A stretch of DNA of 44,661 nucleotides. Origin: Chiloscyllium plagiosum (lineage: Eukaryota). The translations under genes and the position numbers were made by a program. Positions within the stretch are counted from its first letter, which is position 1. The number at the start of each line of letters is the position of its first letter. The stretch is taken from assembly GCF_004010195.1 (NCBI RefSeq), contig NC_057718.1, positions 58,607,868-58,652,528 of the forward strand, written 5' to 3'. Positions 36,375-44,661 of the stretch are shown one piece after another. The notes beneath the pieces are model-generated. The model had not been told where the DNA came from. It worked only from the letters and a program-made list of their open reading frames with translations, and ran no database searches.

Positions 36375-38445
36375 TACTTTCAACCCTGGCTCAGTAAAGA
36401 GTGCAGGAGGGTGACTTAAGTGCAGTACCCAGCATAATAAAACATGAGGTGTCAACCTGAAGCTACAGCATAGGACTACTTCTGTGCAAAACAGCATAAG
36501 CATCAAGTGATAGACAGAATGAAGTGATTTCACAACCAATGGATCAGACCCAAGCTGTGCAATCCTGCTTCATCCAGTGGCAATTGGTGGTAGAAATTTA
36601 AAAACTCACTTGAAGAGGGGCTCCACAATTACTCATCCACAGTAATGAGAGAGTCCAGCAGATTAGTACAAAAGATCAGATGGATATGTTTGCAATTCTG
36701 CCAAAGTGTCGAGTCTACAATCCACCTTGGCCTTCTTAGATACGCCAGGCTTCAGTCAATACAATTTTCTCCATGTGATATCAAGGAAGGACTGAAGGCT
36801 TAGGATGCCACAAAAGCTATTGGCTCTGACAACATCCTGGCTAGAGTACTGAAGACTTTTGATCTCGAACTTGCTGCTCCCTATTTAAGCTGTTATTATC
36901 AACGATGATGTCAAGCAGCACGTGCTTAGCAACAACTTGCTCACTGACACTCTGTTCTGTTTCCACTAAGTCCACTCAGCTCCTGACTTCATTACAGCCT
37001 TGCTTCAAACATGGACAAAGAGGTTGAGGCGAGAGTGATTGACCTTGACCTTGACATTACATTTGACAGAATCCTGGGAAATAAAATAGAGTCTGGGAAT
37101 CAAGGGAAAAAAAGTACTTGGTTTGAGTCATACCTAGCACATAGCAAGTTGATTGTGGTTATTGGAAGTCTGTTATCTCAGCTGTAGAACATCGCTGCAG
37201 GAATTCTTCAAGGTTGTGTGCTAGACCTAACCATCTTCAAAAGTTTCATCAATGACCACCCTTTATTGTGAAGCCAGAAGTGGAGAGTTTCACTGATTGC
37301 ACAATGTTCAGCACCATTCGTGACTCCTCAGATACTGAAGCAGTTCATGTCAAAATGCAGCAAGACCTGGACAACATCCAGGTTTGGACAGATAAGCAGC
37401 AATAGCATTTGTGCCACACAGCGCGATGCAATTATTATCTGTAGCAAGAGAGAACCTAACTGTCATTCTCTGGAATTCAACAGCACTACCATCACTAAAT
37501 CCTCCATTATCAAAACATTAACAACATTCTGGGAGTAAACATTGACTAGAAACTGAACTGACCTAACCATATAAGTACTGTGGCTACAAGAGCAGATCAG
37601 CAGTCATAAATTGGGCAGTGGCTCAACTCCTGACTCTCCAAATCCTGTCCACTATTGATAAGTAACAAATCAGGAGTGTAATGGAATACTACCCACTTAC
37701 CTGAATGAGTGCAGTTCCAACAACATTCAAAAGGTTAGACACCATCCAGGACAAAACAGCCTGCTTCATTGTCATCCACAAAGGTTCATTCCTTCCACCA
37801 CTGATGCTCAGTGGTAGTAATGTATACCATCTACAAGATGTAGAATTCACCAACGCATTCTGGATAGAACCTTCCAAACCTATGGCCATGACCTTCTAGA
37901 AGTGCAAGAGCAGCAAAATAAGTGGGAACACCACCATTTGTAAGTTGGTCTCCAAGCCACATAGCATCCTGACTTGGGGGTATATCATTATTCTTTCACT
38001 AGTACTGGGTCAAAATCATTGAACATGCTCTTAAGCTCATTGTCATCCACAAAGGTTCATTCCTTCCACCACTGATGCTCAGTGGTAGTAATGTATACCA
38101 TTTACAAGATGTAGAATTCACCAGCGCATTCTGGATAGAACCTTCCAAACCTATGGCCATGACCTTCTAGAAGTGCAAGAGCAGCAGAATAAGTGGGAAC
38201 ACCACCATTTGTAAGTTGGTCTCCAAGCCACACAGCATCCTGACTTGGGGGTATATCATTATTCTTTCACTAGTACTGGGTCAAAATCATTGAACATGCT
38301 CTTAAGCATCATTATGAACTACCAACAGTAGATAAACTGCAATGCTTCAATCAGGCAGTTGACTACCATCTTCTCAAGGACAATTAGTGATGACCAATAA
38401 TTGCTGGCCCATCCAACAAAGCCCAAATCCCCTCAATGAATTAGA
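36375..38445 (+). mobile_element. LINE family 2, second copy (RT half, decayed)
   Basis: QPWLSKECRR, DNILARVLKT, HSAPDFITAL, AGILQGCVL, MQQDLDNIQVW, RLDTIQDKTACFI; 3' tail CTCAAGGACAATTAG...AATAATTGCTGGCC. Confidence 0.85.
37766..38307. repeat. 271-bp tandem duplication
   Basis: 37766-38036 vs 38037-38307; four substitutions found by eye. Confidence 0.95.
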
Positions 38446-38661
38446 AAAATACAGAAAGTATCTTAAATGTGGCTATGTAATTTCTAATCTAATTTTCTAA
38501 TGACATGTCCACCTGATTTTATTTTCTGGTAATTACTGCATTAAAATAATTGTTTCATATTACTGCCATTTTGCTTGTGCTGCCTGAGATCTTTATCACT
38601 TAGCCATTTTTTGTCTTTAATTTACATGGAATATTTCACTCCTTAATATATGTTCCCTGAT

Positions 38662-38922
38662 TATTTAGTTCTGAATTCCCGCTTATGCATTCTAATTGTG
38701 TGCTTTTTTAAACTCTCCTAATTTGTTTTAGTGCTCTCCTTGGGATTCGTGTACTCGTTGTTTATCTTTATCTTTTCTGCATTTTTTCCCATATTTAGTT
38801 CTGAATTCCCGCTTATGCATTCTAATTGTGTGCTTTTTTTAAACTCTCCTAATTTGTTTTAGTGCTCTCCTTGGGATTCGTGTACTCGTTGTTTATTTTT
38901 ATCTTTTCTGCATTTTTTCCCA
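38662..38922. repeat. 130-bp tandem duplication
   Basis: 38662-38791 vs 38792-38922; one extra T and one substitution. Confidence 0.95.
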
Positions 38923-40559
38923 ATGTTTTCACTCATTCACCATATACCATTGTTGTTTATTTATTCTTGCTTTGAGAGCAATATATTTCTCTGAACTCTG
39001 TTGAACACTAGTTTGAATGCTTCCCATTGCATTTCATATCATTGTTTGCCAAAAATGTTATTAATGATACTTTTTCAAATTTCATTAAGCTGATCAATTG
39101 CTAGAAAGAAGTAAACAGCTACTTTGATCATCTATATTCATACATGTCATGTCTAATTTTGGTTCTTCTGTCACTTTGTCAGACATTGATCACAGCACTG
39201 GTAATAAGCCTTGACCCATACAATTCATAAAAGGCATTTGTCAATGGTAAGCACAGATATAACACATTGTCACAATAAATTTTGTTCCTAATGAGAACAA
39301 GTTGTAGTAATTACCATCATCTCAGTCACTGAGCCCCAGGCGTATTTTATAGTGTTGTCTGAATGATTATGTAACTCATTTTAGCAACTGTAATTCTGGG
39401 AAGTATGTCAATATTTTTCAATATATCATAGATACATGTTTGATATGCCAAACATTTGTTTAATAGATGAAGTAAGAGTTTCATGGAATATTGAAATGCT
39501 TTGAATTAAAGTTGAAGAAAGATGAATAATACAAAGCTGTCAAAAGGTGATGAATTGCTAATGTGTTATTGCTGAAGATCTATTTATGGCAATTAATCTA
39601 GGAATAATTAGGTTCTTTGTTTTTTGACACCTCCGATGTAAGCATGACTTGTCATCCAGAGTTTAATGTATCCAAATGGCCTTGAATTCACAATGTGATC
39701 AAGTCAAATTTGTGACAGATATTCACAATGTGGAATGGCAGATAGAAGTTACCTCCTGTTGATATTTTATCAACAACAAGAGGAAATCAGATGAAACTTG
39801 TAGAAGGAAGGAAGTAGGGTTGGCATGGGAGCTGGTAGGAGGTAGAACTGGAAGGAGGTAAAGCAGAGCTTTTCACATTACTCCAAGAGGGAGAGAAATT
39901 TAGACAGAGTGGGTAAAATGTCCAGATTAAAAGCTTGTGAAGGCAACAGAACACCAGCAATGGAAATTGGTTGAACGTGTTTGAAATTTTCTGATTGGTC
40001 TATAGTTTCACATAATTAATGCAGAAACCTATCAGAAATGTGATGCAGGAATATTAAATTCACTGTCTACCTCCCCTCCAGTCCAACATAACAGCACACA
40101 GGAAGACATCAGGAGTTCTACCAAAACTGATATGGAACAACTGCCAGATATATTCCTGCTTCCATTTTCCTACTTTAACAATGGTAGATAATGAGGGTCC
40201 CTTTTGGAGAGGTGGTGCACTGCAATAGAATATTTAAAACAAGTTCACCTCATATAATTGGGAATCAGATTTAAACCAACTTCTGCTGTTTCCAAGGATG
40301 TGGAAAAACTGGAATTGAAAGAGAAGTGGGAGCTTTTGCTCCAGATGTTGGGTACTTTGATAACACTGCTTGTGGTTGTGGAGATGAATGAGCAGTACCT
40401 TTCACCTCACCCCTAAGTGAAGTGTTTAGCCTTCCTTCTGCTGGTCACAACACCCCCAAACTTCAATCTGACATCCATGATCATAGCTGTCCTCTGTTGC
40501 TCTTAACCTAACAAAGTACAAATAACCAATATTTAAATAGTCATTTAGTAGTGCAGAAC

Positions 40560-40892
40560 TTGAGTATTGCTGAAAAAGGTTGCTAATTTGTTGAAGCTTG
40601 TCATCTTGCATTCATCAGGACAATTCATAAGAATACCAATTCAAAAGAAAAAAAAAATCACACTTATGAGGTGACAGGGCTGATTGATTGGCAAGGTGCA
40701 CTCTGATTGGAAAATACATTGCCATGAAGAATGTGTTCATTAATGGGTGCTTACTACATGGGTGCTAACTGACATCATTACTTTTTTTCTCATGTAGCAC
40801 AAATATTGGTATTTCTTGTAAATTGTCCTGATGAGTACAAGGCAAAAAGAAAAACCCTTTGACAACATGTGTCCTTTTTTTCAGCAATAACC
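40560..40892. mobile_element. Inverted pair of hammerhead-like pLTR ends (putative PLE family D)
   Basis: Minus ATTGGTATTCTTATGAATTGTCCTGATGAATGCAAGATGACAAGCTT...TTTTTCAGCAATA vs plus ATTGGTATTTCTTGTAAATTGTCCTGATGAGTACAAGG...TTTTTCAGCAATA. Confidence 0.65.
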
Positions 40893-41230
40893 AGTATTTC
40901 TGAATTAAGTAGAGTTCCTTAAGCAAGATTTTATAAACGTTCACTCCACAAACTGTGAAAATAGCATGGACCCTCCAGGGACTAGAATTCTTGAATATTG
41001 GCAGCACAGGTAATTCCTTTTCTTTCCTGTTCCTCAAGTTAAACTGTATCTCAGAAAAATTAAGATCATGGTGAAACTACAGCACAGAAGGTGTTGCATT
41101 TCCCACATTTATCCTAAATTCCAATGACTGCGTGTTTCTTTTTCAAAATGTTTTATTTAACTTTTTCCATTGTCTTTAAATGAAGATCAATATGTATCAT
41201 CCCCACCTTTGTAAATTGAATCATGTTGTG

Positions 41231-41349
41231 GGGGCTTATGCCCGAAACGTCGATTCTCCTGTTCCTTGGATGCTGCTTGACCTGCTGCGCTTTTCCAGCA
41301 ACACATTTTCAGCTCTGATCTCCAGCATCTGCAGTCCTCACTTTCGCCT
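41231..41349 (+). mobile_element. Penelope family A pLTR 3' end, truncated inside the hammerhead
   Basis: Starts GGGCTTATGCCCGAAACGTCG and is nearly identical to 41745-41860. Confidence 0.9.
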
Positions 41350-41570
41350 GTGAAAACAAAAGCCTATTTCATACTCCCTAGGTCCCAGGAACTAGCATTT
41401 CATTATTTGAACAAATAACATCTCCTCTTAGGTACAGAAAAGTTGGACAAACAATGTTACCTCTTCTTATCAAGCTATCAACTAAGGTGTAACTATTCAC
41501 TTAACAATCCGAGAAATGCAACGCAATTAAGAACAAATGTTTCTTTCAGAGGTAAAATGAACAACTTCAC

Positions 41571-41866
41571 CGCCTTCCTAACCTGCAATCATCTTCCTGA
41601 CCTCTCCGCCCCCACCCCACTCCGGCCTATCACCCTCATCTTGACCTCCCTCCACCTATCGCATTTCCAAAGCCCCTCCCCCAAGTCCCTCCTCCCTTCC
41701 CTTTATCTTAGCCTGCTGGACACAGTTTCCTCATTCCTGAAGAAGGGCTTATGCCCGAAACGTCGATTCTCCTGTTCCTTGGATGCTGCCTGACCTGCTG
41801 CGCATTTCCAGCAACACATTTTCAGCTCTGATCTCCAGCATCTGCAGCCCTCACTTTCTCTCAAAG
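41571..41866 (+). mobile_element. Non-coding Penelope family A pLTR insertion
   Basis: 8-bp TSD AACTTCAC (41563-41570 and 41867-41874); C-rich body, hammerhead core and the shared 3' end. Confidence 0.9.
41737..41764 (+). ncRNA. Minimal hammerhead ribozyme core (PLE family A), intact consensus
   Basis: CUGAAGA-A-GGGC(UUAU)GCCC-GAAAC-GUC; palindromic ACGU stem III; stem I weak. Confidence 0.75.
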
Positions 41867-42071
41867 AACTTCACATTTCCCCACATTACATCTATTTGCC
41901 AAAATTTTACCCATTTAATCAATATCTCTCTGTAGACTGTGTGTATCCTGCTCACAACTTGCACCCATCTTTGTGTCACCTGCAAATTTGGCTGCAGAAA
42001 ATTTGTTTCCTTCCTCCAAATCATTAGAATATATTATTGCAATAGTTGCGGTCTGAGCACTGATCCCTGGC

Positions 42072-42467
42072 TAACTACAGGCCCATTAACATAACATCCA
42101 TTGCTGGCAAAATATTGGAATCATTTACTAAGGAAGTAATAGCAGTACCTTTGGAAAATCATAATCTTATCAAGCAGAATCGGCATGACACTGTGAAAGG
42201 GAAATGGTGTCTGACTAATTTATTAGAGTTTTTTTGAGGAATTTTCGACCAGAGTGGAGAGGGGAATCAGTAGAGGTGTTGCATTTGGACTTCCCAAAGC
42301 ATTTGACTAGGTACCTTACAAAAGGTTGAGTCATTCGATAAGAGCCCAGGGTGTTGGAGGTAGTCTATTGGTGTGGATAGAGAATTGGTTTATGAGCATG
42401 AAACAACAAATGGGGATGAGGAGTTCTTTTTCAGGTTGACAACTTGTAACTATTGGGTTTCCACAGG
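42072..42467 (+). mobile_element. CR1 RT N-terminal fragment
   Basis: NYRPINITSIAGKILES...CLTNLLEFF...LDF...VTIGFPQ. Confidence 0.8.
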
Positions 42468-43320
42468 TCATAGAGTCATAGGGCAATACAACACGGAAAC
42501 AGGACCTTTGGCCCAAACTGGTCCATGCTGACCATGGTGCCCACTCAGTTAGTTCCAATTGCCCGCATTTGGTCTATATCCCTCTAAACCCTTCCCATCC
42601 ATGCACCTATCCAAATGTTTTTTAAATGTTGCTATTGTACCTGCCTCAACCACTTTCTCTGGCGGCCCATTCCATATACGCATCACTCTGCATGAAGACG
42701 TTGTCCCTCAGGTCCTTCTTAAATCTCTCCCCTATCACTTATACCTATGCCCTCTAGTGTTCAATTCCCCATTCCTGGGAAAAAGACTACATGCATTCAT
42801 CGTATCTATCCCCCTCATGATTTTCTACACCCCATGAAGGTCACCCTTTATTCCCCTACATTCCAAGGAATAAAGTCCTTTCCTGGCCAACCTTTCCCTC
42901 TGATTTAGGCCTACTGGTCCTGACAAAATCCTTGTAAATTTTCTTTGCACTCTTTCCAGTTTAACTATGCCTTTCCTATAATAGGGTGACCAAAACTGTA
43001 CACAGTACATCAAGTGCGGCCTTACCAATAACTTACAACTGTAACATATATTCTCAACTCCTATACTGGGTGCCCCAATCGATGAAGGCCAGCATGCTAA
43101 ATGCCTTCTTCGCCGCCATGTCTACTTGTGATGCCACTTTCAAAGAACTATGTACTTGTACTCCTAGGTTCCTCTGTTCCACAGCACTCCTCAGGACCTT
43201 ACCATTTACTCTATAAGTCCTACCTTGGTTTGACTTTCCAAAGTGCAATACCTCACACTTATCTGTATTGAATTACATTTGGCAATCATCAGCCCACTTC
43301 CCCATCTGATCAAGATCCCT
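42468..43320 (-). mobile_element. CR1/HER1 LINE, 5'-truncated
   Basis: HFGKSNQGRTY...LGVQVHSSLKVASQVD; VRPHLMYCVQFWSPYYRK; tail CTATGACTCTATGAC. Confidence 0.9.
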
Positions 43321-44370
43321 GAGGGCTGTAATCTGCTGTAGTTTAGCAATGGAGGGCCTATCAACATGCGCTGTCTCAGCTGCCTTCAGGCGAGCCTCAA
43401 GCAGCTGCTGTTGTTCTCCCTTTTGTCTTTTCCGGGTCGCAGAATATAAGATAACCTTGCTGCACGCGTATGCCTTAGTAGGTCTCCCACATCACCGATG
43501 GGTTACTGGCCATGCCTGAATTGATATCCCAGAAAGTTTTGAATTCCTGCGAGAAATGTTCTATGAACTTACGATCCTTCAATAGGAAAGAGTCCATATG
43601 CCAGTGTCAGGAACCCATCCCGTCATCGCTAGTCTTAACCTCCACATATACTGTGGCATGGTCGGAAATAGTTATATTACCTATTTTACAAAACAATATC
43701 AAATTCAGAAAGGTTGAAGGGACAAAAAAACATATGGCACTTGTGTGGATTAGAATAAAAAGTAAAATATCTACCCTCAGGGTGAAGACACCTCCCCACA
43801 TCTACCAGCCCCAACTCCCTATTCAGATCAGCCAACTGCCTAGATCTCAGAGACATATCCGTGGAGCTCCTAGGTATCCTGTCCACCTCAGGGTCGATAA
43901 TACAATTAAAACCTCCCCCTATAATTGTGTGATGCACCCCGAGAGCTATCAACTTAGAAATTCTCTTACAAATTTAAAAGGATGTGCCGGGGGGCAGTAA
44001 ACATTCAAAATCCCGTATTCCTCTCCATATATTAGGGCTTTAAGTAATATATACCGTCCAGACGCATCTTTTATCTGACTTAGCATTTGGAAGCAAAGAT
44101 GCTTCTGAATACGAATGGCCACTCCCCTACTTTTTGAACTAAAAGATTAAAGGAACACCTGGCCAAATCCACCCTGTTGCAGCTTCGAATGCTCCTTATC
44201 AAGTAGATGTGTGTCCTCTAGAAGGGCTACATCAACCATTTCTTTTTAAAGACTTGATAATATCTTTTTCCTTTTAATTGGTGAGTGGCTCCCCTTGACA
44301 TTCCAGGTGCACCATTTAAACGAATGACTGGTCATGATCGTTCAAGCAAGTCTGAGACCCCCCAGGAGGA
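43320..44370 (-). mobile_element. L1-clade LINE ORF2 N-terminus (APE endonuclease), decayed
   Basis: ATG at 44335: MTSHSFKWCTWNVKGSHSPIKRKKIL; SKSRGVAI; DASGRYI; LNVYCP; IIGGGFN; LVDVGRCLHP..FTFYS; ISDH. Confidence 0.85.
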
Positions 44371-44661
44371 AGAACATAGAACATAGAACAGTACAGCACA
44401 GAACAGGCCCTTCAGCCCACGATGTTGTGCCGAACATTTATCCTAACTTAAGCACCTATCCATGTACCTATCCAATTGCCGCTTAAAGGTCACCAATGAT
44501 TCTGACTCTGCCACTCCCACAGACAGCGCATTCCATGCCCCCACCACTCTCTGGGTAAAGAACCTACCCCTGACATCCCCCCATATCTTCCACCCTTCAC
44601 CTTAAATTTATGTCCCCTTGAAACACTCTGTTGTACCCGGGGAAAAAGCCTCTGACTGTCT
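44371..44661 (-). mobile_element. HER1 LINE 3' end (runs off the window)
   Basis: (AGAACAT)n tail, ACAGCACAGAACAGGCCCTTCAGCCCAC, TTCCATGCCCCCACCACTCTCTGGGTAAAGAA. Confidence 0.9.

Larger units (their letters stand above)
41550..42070 (-). mobile_element. CR1 RT fragment (from the PQG motif onward), interrupted by the PLE insertion
   Basis: CCAGGGATCAGTGCT (PQGSVL-like), KFAGDTK, CEVVHF; continuous across TSD AACTTCAC. Confidence 0.75.

Noticed and set aside
35734..36397. ORFs of about 200 aa
   Set aside because: Artefacts of translating through 500 N
43512..44000. 162-aa plus-strand ORF (likewise 15974-16421 and 25341-25661)
   Set aside because: Antisense shadows of L1, CR1 and Penelope coding sequence
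1..44661. Prokaryotic systems (CRISPR array, operons, retrons)
   Set aside because: Vertebrate repeat landscape with no repeat-spacer periodicity and no gene-dense coding

Overview
Eukaryotic, repeat-dominated non-coding DNA, most likely from a cartilaginous fish (shark), inferred from HE1-type V-SINEs and HER1/CR1-type LINEs. I found no host protein-coding gene and no intact TE ORF. The recognisable ORF-track entries are decayed retroelement fragments and the rest look like chance ORFs. Contents: (i) a decayed Gmr1-clade Gypsy LTR retrotransposon (gag-PR-IN-RT order, tRNA-Pro PBS) and a related solo LTR with a 4-bp TSD and two nested LINEs; (ii) many CR1/HER1 LINE fragments, a Rex1/Babar LINE and an L1-clade APE fragment; (iii) a second APE-RT LINE family whose near full-length copy seems to start with a tRNA-derived A/B-box head and has no room for ORF1; (iv) about a dozen Penelope-like element (PLE) pieces from several families, most with a minimal hammerhead-ribozyme core, some as tiny TSD-flanked palindromic elements; (v) a Tigger/pogo-like MITE; (vi) near-perfect tandem duplications; (vii) two assembly gaps. 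Boundaries were read by eye and are approximate unless a TSD or terminal motif is quoted.
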